The notes under the pieces were generated by a model. The model had not been told where the DNA came from, made no database searches, and saw only the letters and a program-made list of their open reading frames with translations. The translations under genes were made by a program, and so were the position numbers. From NCBI RefSeq assembly GCF_013817365.1, contig NZ_JACDCU010000001.1, forward strand, positions 1 to 48,746: a stretch of 48,746 bases of DNA, given 5' to 3'. The stretch is from Methylibium sp. GTDB taxonomy: Bacteria > Pseudomonadota > Gammaproteobacteria > Burkholderiales > Burkholderiaceae_C. Below, piece after piece: positions 10,068-19,526 of this stretch. Each line of letters begins with the position of its first letter. Position 1 is the first letter of the stretch.

Positions 10068-12145
10068 CGCTTGGCCCGCATTTAAGAGCGCTAATCCTAC
10101 CGAGCCTCTTCGTTTCGTTGTGCGTGGTCGGGTCGGCTGCCTGGGCGCAAGCCGCGCAAGTTCCCGACGCGGGCGCCTCACGGCCGAGCGCTGCCGATGC
10201 ATGGCCGGAGCATGTCGTCGATTGGCGTGACACCCAGGTTGACTTGTCTTTTCTGAACGAAGACGAGAAGCCGGCTGGCCGGCGCGGCTTCGTCCGAGCG
10301 CAGGGTGACGCACTCATGTTCGGAGATGGCAGCACGGCCCGCTTCTGGGGCACCAACCTGACGGCAGCGGCGCTGTTCGGCACCGAGCCGCAGGCGGTAC
10401 GGCAACAGGCCCGGCGCCTGTCGCGGCTGGGCTTCAACCTGGCGCGAATCCATCATCATGATTCGCACTGGGTCAAACCCAACATCTTCGGCCCTGCCGG
10501 CCAGCACGACACGCGCCGTCTCGACCCTGCCATGCTCGAGCGCATCGACTGGTGGGTGAAATGCCTGAAGGACGAGGGCATCTACGTCTGGCTCGATCTG
10601 CACGTGCAGCGCCAGTTGCGCGCTGGCGACGCCATTGCCGGCTTCGACGAGATCGCGAAGGGTCGCCCTGGTGTCGAGTTCAAAGGCTACAACTACGTGA
10701 ACCCGGAGATCCGCCGGTCGATGCAGCGCTTCAACGAGGCGTATCTCGGCCATGTGAATGCCCATACCGGCCTGGCCTACAAGGACGATCCGGCCATTGC
10801 CGCGGTGCTCGTCACCAACGAGAACGACCTGACGCACCACTTCGGCAACGCCTTGCTGCCGGACAAGAACGTGCCGCACCATACCGCTGCCTACCTGCGC
10901 GAAGCGCGAGCCTTTGCCCGCGCCCATGATCTGCCTGAAAGGCAGGTGTGGCGCTCCTGGGAGCCGGGACCTTCGAAGCGCTTCCTCAACGACCTGGAGC
11001 ATCGCTTCAATGCGGAAATGATCGCCCACCTGCGCCGCATCGGCGTGAAGGTGCCGATCGTCACAACCAGCCTGTGGGGCGAGCAAATGGCATCGCTGCC
11101 GGCGCTGACCGACGGCGACATGATCGATGTCCACGCCTACGAGACGCCGGGCCCCCTGGCGCGTGACCCGCGCACCGCCGCCAATGTGGCGCACATGATC
11201 GCCGCTGCGCAGGTGGCCGACAAGCCGGTGTCGGTGACGGAATGGAACATGAGCCCTTTCCCTGCCTTCGACCGGCATGTGCTGCCGATGTACATGGCCG
11301 CCAATGCAAGTCATCAGGGCTGGGATGCGTTGATGCAGTACGCCTACGCGCAGACGCCGTTGCAGCAGCCGGGCCCGCCGTCGAACTGGCACGCCTTCAA
11401 CGATCCTGCGCTGCTGTCCAGCCTGCCCGCGGCCGCCCTGCTGTTTCGCCAGAAGCACGTTCAGGCGGCAAAGACCGTCCGTGTTCTGCAGCCCACTGCA
11501 TCGCAGTTGTTCGATGAGGGCCTCACGGCCGGCGGCACGGCGGCTATGCGAATCGCCGCCGAACGCGGCCGGCTGCTTACCGTGCTGCCCGAGGTGCCGC
11601 AGTTGCCCTGGCTGCGGCCGGGCGTCGTTCCGATCGGTGCACGGCATGTTGACGACGGCGCGCGGCAGCTCGCCGATGTGCGCGGGAGCGAACTGCGGTC
11701 CGATACCGGCGAACTGGGGCGCAATTGGAAGCAGGGCGTCTTCACCATCGAAACGCCTCGCACCCAGGCTGCGCTCGGCCGCGTTGGTGGGCGCAGCATC
11801 GACCTTCCGCAGGTACGGATCGCTCTGACCAATGCCGAGGCGAGCATTGCGGTGCAAAGCCTCGACGGCAAACCGATTGACGTCGCGCACAAGCTGTTCG
11901 TGTCGATCGCAACCGCGTCGTTGCCGAAGGGACCTAAACAAGCTCCATTCTTCACCGAGCCTGCCGTGGGCGTAATCGAGATCGAGGCCGCGGCCGGCAT
12001 GGCGCTGCAGCGCGGACCGCATGGGGCCGGGAGCACCAGTGATCCGCAGCTCGACTACGGCGACGGGAAGTACACACTGCGCTTCGCTGGCAAGGATGTG
12101 GTGCAGTGGGTCGTGCTGAGCAGACCGGAACAAACCGCGCCATGA
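10064..12145 (+). CDS. Secreted clan GH-A (GH5-like) glycoside hydrolase
   Basis: Signal peptide (AWA-QA); RFWGTN, LGFNLARIHH, GIYVWLDLH, acid/base TNEN, DVHAY, nucleophile VTEWN; ATGA overlaps with both neighbours. Confidence 0.8.
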   Translation: MTLGPHLRALILPSLFVSLCVVGSAAWAQAAQVPDAGASRPSAADAWPEHVVDWRDTQVDLSFLNEDEKPAGRRGFVRAQGDALMFGDGSTARFWGTNLTAAALFGTEPQAVRQQARRLSRLGFNLARIHHHDSHWVKPNIFGPAGQHDTRRLDPAMLERIDWWVKCLKDEGIYVWLDLHVQRQLRAGDAIAGFDEIAKGRPGVEFKGYNYVNPEIRRSMQRFNEAYLGHVNAHTGLAYKDDPAIAAVLVTNENDLTHHFGNALLPDKNVPHHTAAYLREARAFARAHDLPERQVWRSWEPGPSKRFLNDLEHRFNAEMIAHLRRIGVKVPIVTTSLWGEQMASLPALTDGDMIDVHAYETPGPLARDPRTAANVAHMIAAAQVADKPVSVTEWNMSPFPAFDRHVLPMYMAANASHQGWDALMQYAYAQTPLQQPGPPSNWHAFNDPALLSSLPAAALLFRQKHVQAAKTVRVLQPTASQLFDEGLTAGGTAAMRIAAERGRLLTVLPEVPQLPWLRPGVVPIGARHVDDGARQLADVRGSELRSDTGELGRNWKQGVFTIETPRTQAALGRVGGRSIDLPQVRIALTNAEASIAVQSLDGKPIDVAHKLFVSIATASLPKGPKQAPFFTEPAVGVIEIEAAAGMALQRGPHGAGSTSDPQLDYGDGKYTLRFAGKDVVQWVVLSRPEQTAP

Positions 12146-13485
12146 GCCAAGCGGCAGCAACGGTGAGCTTGAAGCTTCGCACCTTTCGCGCTGCCGGCTG
12201 GACGGTGGGCGGGCATGTCGCCAGCCAGTTGCTTCGCTTCGGCAGCAACCTGATCCTCACCCGGTTGCTGTTTCCCGAGGTGTTCGGGCTCATGGCCATC
12301 ATCCAGGCGGTGATGATGGGCGTGGCCATGCTGTCCGACATCGGCGTGAGTCAGAGCATCATCCGCAGTAACCGCGCGCACGACGAGCGGTTCATGAACA
12401 CGGCCTGGACGATTCAAATCGCCAAGGGCGTGTTCGTGTGGTTGGTGCTGTGCCTGATCGCCGCACCGCTGGCCTCCGCCTACGACGAACCCTTGCTGGC
12501 GTGGATGCTGCCTGTGGCCGGGCTCGCAGCCGTCATCTCGGGCTTCTATTCCACCAATGGCGCAATGGCATCGCGCAACATCGACGCCAGGCGGATCACG
12601 TTCATTTCTCTCGGCGGCTACTCGCTGACCGTTGTGGTCTCGGTCCTCCTGGCTTGGTATGAGCCGACACCCTGGGCCCTCGTGTGGGGCAACCTTATCG
12701 GTGCCGCCGCGCAGATGCTGGCCAGTCACGTGCTGTTGCCTGGCGCACGCAACGGTCTCGCCTGGGAGCGGGAGTCGGCCCGCGCCATTATTTCTTTCGG
12801 GGGCGCGGTATTGTTGAGTTCGTCCCTCAGCTTCTTTGCTGGCGAAGGCAATAAGCTCGTTGCCGGTCTGCTGCTCGACATGCGCATGCTGGGTCTGCTC
12901 GGGCTAGCCAGCACGCTCAACCTTGTCATCTGGAGTGCAATCCAATTGGTTGGCAGCCGAGTGCTGTATCCGGCCTACTCCGAGGTGATGCGGACCGAGC
13001 CGGCGCGGCTCTCCAGCATCGTCGAGCGTTCGCGCTTCGTTCAAGTGCTGCCCACGTGGGGTGCCGCCATGTTTTTCGCCGTTTTTGGGCGGCAGGTCAT
13101 CGAGTTTCTGTACGACCCTCGCTACGCCGATGCTGGCGTTATCCTGCAGATTCAGGCGCTAGGTCTGATGGCAGGCGTACTGTCGATGTCATACACCGGC
13201 GTCCTTTGGGCGACTGGCAAGATCGGACTAAGCACGGCCCTGTTGGCAGCACAAGGTGTTCTACAAATCGGCGGTATGTTCGTTGGCAGCCAGATTGCAG
13301 GCCAATTCGGTGTGTTAGTTGGCAGCGCACTGTCCGGGGTACTTATGTACCCAATTACCGCAGTGGTCTATGCTCGCCAAAAACTGTTCCACGCCAAGGT
13401 GGATGTGCCGGTGATACTTGCGTCGATCGCGGCAGCAGTCGGAGTGGTGCTGAGTAACGACTGGGCGGGGGCGCGCGCATGGTGA
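12142..13485 (+). CDS. wzx: Wzx oligosaccharide flippase
   Basis: SNLILTRLLFPEVFGLMA, SDIG, NTAWT motifs; multi-TM polysaccharide transporter family. Confidence 0.9.
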   Translation: MSQAAATVSLKLRTFRAAGWTVGGHVASQLLRFGSNLILTRLLFPEVFGLMAIIQAVMMGVAMLSDIGVSQSIIRSNRAHDERFMNTAWTIQIAKGVFVWLVLCLIAAPLASAYDEPLLAWMLPVAGLAAVISGFYSTNGAMASRNIDARRITFISLGGYSLTVVVSVLLAWYEPTPWALVWGNLIGAAAQMLASHVLLPGARNGLAWERESARAIISFGGAVLLSSSLSFFAGEGNKLVAGLLLDMRMLGLLGLASTLNLVIWSAIQLVGSRVLYPAYSEVMRTEPARLSSIVERSRFVQVLPTWGAAMFFAVFGRQVIEFLYDPRYADAGVILQIQALGLMAGVLSMSYTGVLWATGKIGLSTALLAAQGVLQIGGMFVGSQIAGQFGVLVGSALSGVLMYPITAVVYARQKLFHAKVDVPVILASIAAAVGVVLSNDWAGARAW

Positions 13486-13771
13486 GTGCGCCCCGATGGC
13501 GGGTCGTCCGGTCTCGCATGCAGGATGTGTGTCGGTGCGCTCACGCTGACAGTTACGCCGACGGCATCTCTCCGCTCGCCTCCGCCGAGTCGAAACAAGG
13601 CCTCACAATGAAAGTCAGGGTAGTGCGACGCATGGGTGTCAGCGTGCCGAACCACGTCGCCGTCCACAGGCGCTCGGCGGTCGAGCGCGGATACCGGACG
13701 ATACGGACACAGCCACCTCTCATGAACAGTCTCGCGTCTCCGGTTGGTCCGCGGCGCATGCGGAGTGGATC

Positions 13772-14962
13772 ATGAGAATTGCTTTCCTGATCGGCTCGGT
13801 CGACGTTGGCGGCGGTAACTACGTGGTGTGTCAGCACGCCATGCATGCCGCAGCTATGGGTCATGAAGTCGCCGTGGTCGTGCAGACATCTTTCACGAAA
13901 GCTCAGCTTGCTTGGCATCCAGGCTTTGAGCAGTTGCGATTGATACCCCTCGATCAGCTGCGCAGCGAGCGTTTCGATATCGCGGTGGCGACTTTCTGGA
14001 AAACGGTGTCGGAGCTGCACCGGTTGAACGCCGGGCAGTATGTCTACTTCGTTCAATCGATCGAATCTCGCTTCTACCCTGCCGAGCAAGTGCATATGAG
14101 GCGGTTGGTGGATCGTACTTACGATCTGCGACTGCCATCCATCACCGAAGCCACCTGGATTCGCGAGCATCTGCGGCATTTCCATGGCAGCGAGTGCCTG
14201 CTGGCGCGCAACGGCATCCGCAAAGATGTCTACACGCCGCACGGCGAACGCCACGCCCCGCGTATCTCGGGGCGGTTGCGTGTGATGGTGGAGGGCAGCT
14301 TCGGCGTGCCATTCAAGAACACGGCGCGAACGGTTCGTTTGGTGCGGCGGGCTCGCCCATGGCAGAGTTGGCTTCTCACGACAACCGGAATGTCGTGGTA
14401 TCCAGGAGTCGATCGCGTGTTCTCGCAACTGCCGATCGCCGAGGTGCCGAAGGTTTATCGGTCATGTGATGTGATCGTCAAGCTGAGCTTTGTGGAAGGC
14501 ATGTTCGGCCCACCGATGGAAATGTTTCACTGTGGGGGAACTGCTATCGTTTATGACGTGTCCGGCCACGACGAATACATCGTTCACGGACACAATGCGC
14601 TCGTCGCGCCGATGCACAACGAAGCCACCGTACTGGACCATCTGCGCCGACTTCAAGATTCGCCGCGGCTTCTTGAAGATTTGAAATCCGGTGCGACCGA
14701 GACGGCGTCGAAATGGCCGGATTGGCCGCAGAGCTCCGCACGGTTTTTCGAACATCTCGAGGCTTGCTACGCGGCGCCGAAGGTTTCGAGGCAATGGCTG
14801 GAAGAAGCAACGCGCGAATTGCGTGAATACTTCCAAGCCCAATCGCAGAGTGCGACGTTCGTCAAAGAAGGTCATCGCCGCGTCGGATGGTTGCGTCGCC
14901 TTAAGAATGACACGCGCGTCTATTCCAGTTTGCTTCGGTATATTGCCGATGGCTATCGATAA
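13772..14962 (+). CDS. Glycosyltransferase family 4 (WsaF-like)
   Basis: MRIAFL..GGG N-terminus, DIAVATFWKT, YFVQSIESRFY, NGI, EGMFGPPME (EX7E) motif. Confidence 0.82.
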   Translation: MRIAFLIGSVDVGGGNYVVCQHAMHAAAMGHEVAVVVQTSFTKAQLAWHPGFEQLRLIPLDQLRSERFDIAVATFWKTVSELHRLNAGQYVYFVQSIESRFYPAEQVHMRRLVDRTYDLRLPSITEATWIREHLRHFHGSECLLARNGIRKDVYTPHGERHAPRISGRLRVMVEGSFGVPFKNTARTVRLVRRARPWQSWLLTTTGMSWYPGVDRVFSQLPIAEVPKVYRSCDVIVKLSFVEGMFGPPMEMFHCGGTAIVYDVSGHDEYIVHGHNALVAPMHNEATVLDHLRRLQDSPRLLEDLKSGATETASKWPDWPQSSARFFEHLEACYAAPKVSRQWLEEATRELREYFQAQSQSATFVKEGHRRVGWLRRLKNDTRVYSSLLRYIADGYR

Positions 14963-15016
14963 AGCAAGTCTGCTACAAGGTATTGTCCTAGATCGTGTTC
15001 TCAGAAGGAGTATTGG

Positions 15017-15970
15017 TTGACTAACGACTGGTCGGTTCTGTGGAAGCTGTCCGCAGCTGCATGCGGCCGCAGTGGCCTGGGTGCTCTCAAGCGCAGAATT
15101 GTCTTCATGGTTGAATCTTCCAAGGTCACCAGACCGCTGCAGGCGCTTCTGCATCCGGCGCCCGGCAGCCCTCTTCAGCGTGCGATAGAGCAGCGCCCGG
15201 ACATGGCCGGTGTCGTCATGTGGCCCTATATCTGCGCCAACTGGAGCACCGCTGAGCGTCTGCGACGCGTCGCAGGCCACTTCGCCGTCATCGAAACCCG
15301 GCTTCCTGTGCTTGACTTCCCCGCCCAAGCCAGTTTGGTGCTTGTCGACCTGGGTGCTGTTTTCGAAAGTTTGAGCGTCGTGCTCGATCGGCCGAAGTGG
15401 TTCATGCGGGAGGGGCAGATGGCACTCAACCTGTTTCTCGGGGACGTTCGAATCTATTCGCTGGCTTTCGCGCTAGACACCGAGGCAGGACGCACGATCG
15501 CCCATGTCGGGGCGATCCAAGGCGTCGCCACCGAAGGCATCCAAGCAGACTACAAGGAACTGACCAAAGCCCTGCACGGCATGCGACCGCGCGATTTTCT
15601 TGTCGAACTGTTCCGCATTTTCTGCCGCTGTGCCGGCGTGATGACCATCCTTGCCGTGGCCGATGCCAGCCGCCAGCACCGCAGCGCCTACTTCGGTGCC
15701 GCCAAGGCGGAGAAGTTGACGCTGAACTACGATGAAATATGGATTGAACGCGGGGGCGTGCAGTCGACGCCCGATTTTTTCCTGCTCGGCCTGCAGACGC
15801 CTGCAAAGGATCTGGAAGAGATTCCCTCGAAGAAGCGGGCGATGTACCGGCGTCGTTATGAGTTCCTGGCCTCCCTCGAGGAGCGCATGCACGAAGCGCT
15901 CGGCCAGCCTCCCGCCGTGGGTGCATCACCGCAGGTCGCGGAGCCGGCGCTGGGCGTCGCGGCGGCATGA
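15017..15970 (+). CDS. VirK/YbjX (DUF535) family protein
   Basis: WPYICANWS..ERL, REGQMAL, GAIQG, LTKALHGMRPR, YDEIW.E.GG and EIPSKKRAMYRRRY motifs; TTG start after GAAGGAG. Confidence 0.85.
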   Translation: MTNDWSVLWKLSAAACGRSGLGALKRRIVFMVESSKVTRPLQALLHPAPGSPLQRAIEQRPDMAGVVMWPYICANWSTAERLRRVAGHFAVIETRLPVLDFPAQASLVLVDLGAVFESLSVVLDRPKWFMREGQMALNLFLGDVRIYSLAFALDTEAGRTIAHVGAIQGVATEGIQADYKELTKALHGMRPRDFLVELFRIFCRCAGVMTILAVADASRQHRSAYFGAAKAEKLTLNYDEIWIERGGVQSTPDFFLLGLQTPAKDLEEIPSKKRAMYRRRYEFLASLEERMHEALGQPPAVGASPQVAEPALGVAAA

Positions 15971-16010
15971 CGCGAATGCATGGTTTGAGCGACATGATTG
16001 GTCATTGCGC

Positions 16011-16526
16011 ATGAACAGCGATCCCACCGAAGCGAATGAGCAGTCGTGGAACGGATGGAGTCCGAGTGATTCGCTCGTTGCCAGCATCCGCACGTACCAG
16101 CGATATCACGAGCAAGCAGGCTTACGCGCGAGGTTGCTGCGAAGAGCAGCGCGGATCACGCATACTTTCTGGAGCATCGTGACCGCTTCGGACATCCGTC
16201 CGCAGGCTCGACTGGGACAGGGCTTGCGCATGCCGCACCCAACGGGTGTTGTCATCCATCACGATGCGGTCATTGGGAATGACTGCATCCTCATGCAGCA
16301 AGTGACGATCGGCCAATTGACCAAGCCGGGTGCGCCGGTTCTCGGCCGGAATGTCTATGTCGGCGCAGGTGCCAAGGTGCTCGGCGCCATCACAATCGGC
16401 GACGGTGCGCGCATTGGTGCGAATGCCGTCGTCCTGATAAGCCTTCCGCCTCATTGCACCGCGATAGGCATCCCTGCACGGATCGTCAGAACCGACAATT
16501 CCGGGCAGGACGGCATCGCTCAGTGA
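16011..16526 (+). CDS. Serine O-acetyltransferase-like hexapeptide-repeat acyltransferase
   Basis: PHPTGVVIH, QQVTIG, VYVGAGAKVLG, IGANAVV, GIPAR left-handed beta-helix motifs; start placed at ATG 16011. Confidence 0.88.
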   Translation: MNSDPTEANEQSWNGWSPSDSLVASIRTYQRYHEQAGLRARLLRRAARITHTFWSIVTASDIRPQARLGQGLRMPHPTGVVIHHDAVIGNDCILMQQVTIGQLTKPGAPVLGRNVYVGAGAKVLGAITIGDGARIGANAVVLISLPPHCTAIGIPARIVRTDNSGQDGIAQ

Positions 16527-16534
16527 CCCGTTGC

Positions 16535-17233
16535 TTATATTGCGGCGCTGAAATGCGAAACGCCTGCGAGGTCCGCGTTGCCCCCCGCAGCCCAAAAGCC
16601 GACGTCATATCGGCTGTTGCGCGACAGGATGTGTCGCTGCGCCGGCCAGTGATCGATCCGCACCAACTGCTCGGAAGCGTCGAGCACTCGGCTATGCACC
16701 GGATTGAGGTAAGCGATGCGCAGCCGGCGCGGTTTCTGGGCGAGCGTTTGGTCCAGTCCGCGAATCACGCTTGTCATCGTCCCTTCGCCGAAGGGATGAA
16801 ACATGAAGATCACGGTCGTTTCCGCGTGCGCATAACTTTCGGCCGACTGACAAACGAATTCGACATTGCGATCACGCCAGCGGTCCTTGGCGCGATTTCG
16901 ATCGGCCTGCTCGACCAAGCTCCCTTCGATTTCGACGCCGATGGCGCGTTTGGCGCCGAGCCACGCGGCACTGAACACGGTGCGCCCCAGCCCGCAGCCC
17001 AGATCGACGAACACGTCGTTCGCTGCAAGGCCGATGTGACTCAAGATCCGAAAGAGGATGCTGTAAGGCACCGGCGTGTAGTGAACCCGAAAGTTGGGGT
17101 GATCCGCCATTCCAACGGCCGGGTGATACCCGAACGTCGAGATGCCCAGCCGCAGATCCCAGAAATGGTCGTAGGGATGCATGGCTCGATCCTTCAGCCC
17201 CAAGCCCTTCAGCGCCGCCACCATCTTGGTCAT
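16535..17233 (-). CDS. Class I SAM-dependent methyltransferase (DOT1-like)
   Basis: YTPVPY, VFVDLGCGLGR, GVEIE, FMFHPFG, IAYLNP motifs; likely start ATG 17233 preceded by GAAAGG on the minus strand. Confidence 0.82.
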   Translation of the reverse strand: MTKMVAALKGLGLKDRAMHPYDHFWDLRLGISTFGYHPAVGMADHPNFRVHYTPVPYSILFRILSHIGLAANDVFVDLGCGLGRTVFSAAWLGAKRAIGVEIEGSLVEQADRNRAKDRWRDRNVEFVCQSAESYAHAETTVIFMFHPFGEGTMTSVIRGLDQTLAQKPRRLRIAYLNPVHSRVLDASEQLVRIDHWPAQRHILSRNSRYDVGFWAAGGNADLAGVSHFSAAI

Positions 17234-17507
17234 CCTTTCATAAAGAATCTGCAGTGGCCTACAGCGCGCCGGAGTGTGCCGCCGAAAGACAGCGGCGTCT
17301 TCCCCCTTGGTCCGGGTGCTCGGGCAAGCAAGCCCTCGTTCAGCGAAATCATTTCCCTCGCTCCCAATTGCAGACAGTTCTTGCTTCTCGCAAGGAGGTT
17401 GACCAATCGGAAGAGCTGCTCCGTCTGACCCCCGATACTGACATTCGATGTGTTGATGCAGTCGCCTGAACACAGACAACATTCCCCACCCTAACGAAGC
17501 ATTATCG

Positions 17508-18545
17508 ATGGAGGCCAATCACGTTTCAGCCAATGGCACGCTTGGCCCCGGCGCATGCTGCGCTGCGCCCAAGGGTGTCGCAGCCTCGTCAATGGCCGTC
17601 GACGTATCCGTCATTGTCGTCAATTACAACACCGCGCATCTGCTGCACGATATGCGCACGGCACTGGTTGCCTCGCGCCGTGATCTGACCTTGCAAACGA
17701 TCGTCATCGACAACGCGTCTCGCGACGATTCTCTGGATTTGCTGAAGCGCGACTTTGGCGAAGTCGACCTGATCGTCAATCAATCCAACGTCGGTTTCGG
17801 GCGCGCCAACAACCAAAGTTTGGCGCTTGCCAAGGGCCGCTACATCCTGCTGCTCAACACCGATGCATTCGTTGCAGCCGACACGCTGCACAAGACGGTG
17901 AGCTACATGGATGCGCATCTGGATGTCGGCGTCCTGGGCGTGCGGCTCGTCGGCCGCGACGGCTTGCTGCAGCCGAGTTGCCGTTATTTCCCCACGCCCT
18001 GGAACGTGTTCCTTGCACGCACGGGGCTCGCGCGCTACTTTCCGAAGGTGCGGATGGTCGATGACCTCGAGTGGAGCCATACATCAGTACGCGAATGCGA
18101 CTGGGTGACGGGTTGCTACTACCTGGTGCGTCGCGAAGTGATCGATCAGGTCGGTCTGTTCGATCCTCGCTATTTCTTGTATTGCGAAGAGATGGACCAT
18201 TGCCGCGCGGTCAAGCGGGCCGGGTGGAAGGTGGTTTACTTTGGCGGCACGAGCGTTGTCCACTTGGGCGGCGAAAGCGCCAAGTCCGATGGTCAACTCA
18301 CCTCGGCCGGCAAGCAGATCTCCGCTTTGCAGGTGGAGAGCGAACTGCTCTTCTTCCGCAAGCATCATGGGCTGCTCGGCGTTTGCGGTTCGGTGCTGCT
18401 GTCGACGGCTACGGATGTGGCCTTGATTTTGAAGTCCTGGTTCAAGCGGTCGGCAACGCAGCGGGCGGGTATCGAAGCCGGCCACCTGAGAACTCTATGG
18501 AGCCTGTGCCTGAGAACCCGCATGGGTTCGAGGCCGACGAGGTGA
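17508..18545 (+). CDS. Glycosyltransferase family 2 (WbbL/rhamnosyltransferase-like)
   Basis: VSVIVVNYN, IDNASRD, NVGFGRANN, LLLNTD, FDPRYFLYCEEMD, VVHLGG. Start may be 17592. Confidence 0.9.
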   Translation: MEANHVSANGTLGPGACCAAPKGVAASSMAVDVSVIVVNYNTAHLLHDMRTALVASRRDLTLQTIVIDNASRDDSLDLLKRDFGEVDLIVNQSNVGFGRANNQSLALAKGRYILLLNTDAFVAADTLHKTVSYMDAHLDVGVLGVRLVGRDGLLQPSCRYFPTPWNVFLARTGLARYFPKVRMVDDLEWSHTSVRECDWVTGCYYLVRREVIDQVGLFDPRYFLYCEEMDHCRAVKRAGWKVVYFGGTSVVHLGGESAKSDGQLTSAGKQISALQVESELLFFRKHHGLLGVCGSVLLSTATDVALILKSWFKRSATQRAGIEAGHLRTLWSLCLRTRMGSRPTR

Positions 18546-19519
18546 ATCGCTCGAACATCGGGGTGGTGGTCATTGGCCGCAACGAAGGCGAACGCCTGGG
18601 CCGCTGTCTGCGCTCGGTGCAGTCCGATACAGCGGCAGTGGTGTATGTCGACTCCGGCTCGTCAGACGACTCGGCCATGCTCGCTAGCGCTATAGGCGTG
18701 GAGGTGCTCCTGCTCGACATGAGTCTGCCCTTCACGGCGGCACGGGCTCGCAACACAGGCTTGCGCCGCTTGCGTGAACTGCAACCTGACGTGCAATACG
18801 TTCAATTCATCGACGGCGATTGCGAACTGATCGGAGACTGGCTGGCAACCGCATGCCGCTTTCTCGATGAACATCACGACGTGGCCGTGGTGTGCGGCCG
18901 GCTGCGCGAGCGCTTCCCGCAGCGTTCCATCTACAACCTCCTGTGCGACATGGAATGGAACCGGCCCGCAGGCGAGGTGCGCGCCTGCGGCGGCATCGCG
19001 ATGATGCGAGTCGAGGTGCTGGCGGCCGCGGGAGGTTTCCGGGAAGATCTGATCGCCGGTGAAGAGCCAGAGCTGTGCGTGCGCATCCGTGCCGGGGGCG
19101 CACGGATCTGGCGTCTGGCCGACGACATGGCTTGGCACGACGCCGCGATGCTGCATTTCGGGCAGTGGTGGCGGCGCGCTATCCGGGCCGGCTATGCCTA
19201 TGCCGAGGGTTCATTGCTGCACGGGGGCCCACCTGAGCGCCACTATGTGCCAGAAGCGCGGCGCGCGCTGGTCTGGGGTGCGGGGCTGCCGCTGCTCATC
19301 GCCGTGCTGTCACTGAACAGTCCGTCCTGGTGGGTACTGCTGCTGATCTATCCGGCGCAGATGCTGCGCCTCGCCTGGCGCGACGGCATTGGCCAGCGCG
19401 AGCGGCGCTGGCGGGCGGTGTTCCTGGTGCTGTCACGTTTCCCGGAAGCGCAGGGCATGCTCAGGTTCTGGCTCAACCGTTGGCGCAGGCAGCGCGGCGC
19501 GTTGATCGAATACAAGTAA
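18542..19519 (+). CDS. Glycosyltransferase family 2
   Basis: GVVVIGRNEGERL, VDSGSSD, AARARN, FIDGD, AGEEPELC, C-terminal TMs, ends LIEYK; GTG start overlaps the upstream TGA. Confidence 0.9.
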   Translation: MNRSNIGVVVIGRNEGERLGRCLRSVQSDTAAVVYVDSGSSDDSAMLASAIGVEVLLLDMSLPFTAARARNTGLRRLRELQPDVQYVQFIDGDCELIGDWLATACRFLDEHHDVAVVCGRLRERFPQRSIYNLLCDMEWNRPAGEVRACGGIAMMRVEVLAAAGGFREDLIAGEEPELCVRIRAGGARIWRLADDMAWHDAAMLHFGQWWRRAIRAGYAYAEGSLLHGGPPERHYVPEARRALVWGAGLPLLIAVLSLNSPSWWVLLLIYPAQMLRLAWRDGIGQRERRWRAVFLVLSRFPEAQGMLRFWLNRWRRQRGALIEYK

Positions 19520-19526
19520 CGCGAGC

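Noticed and set aside
16454-17428. 324-aa plus-strand ORF that would keep the operon co-directional
   Set aside because: No recognisable motifs, whereas the minus-strand frame has clear SAM-methyltransferase motifs and an RBS.
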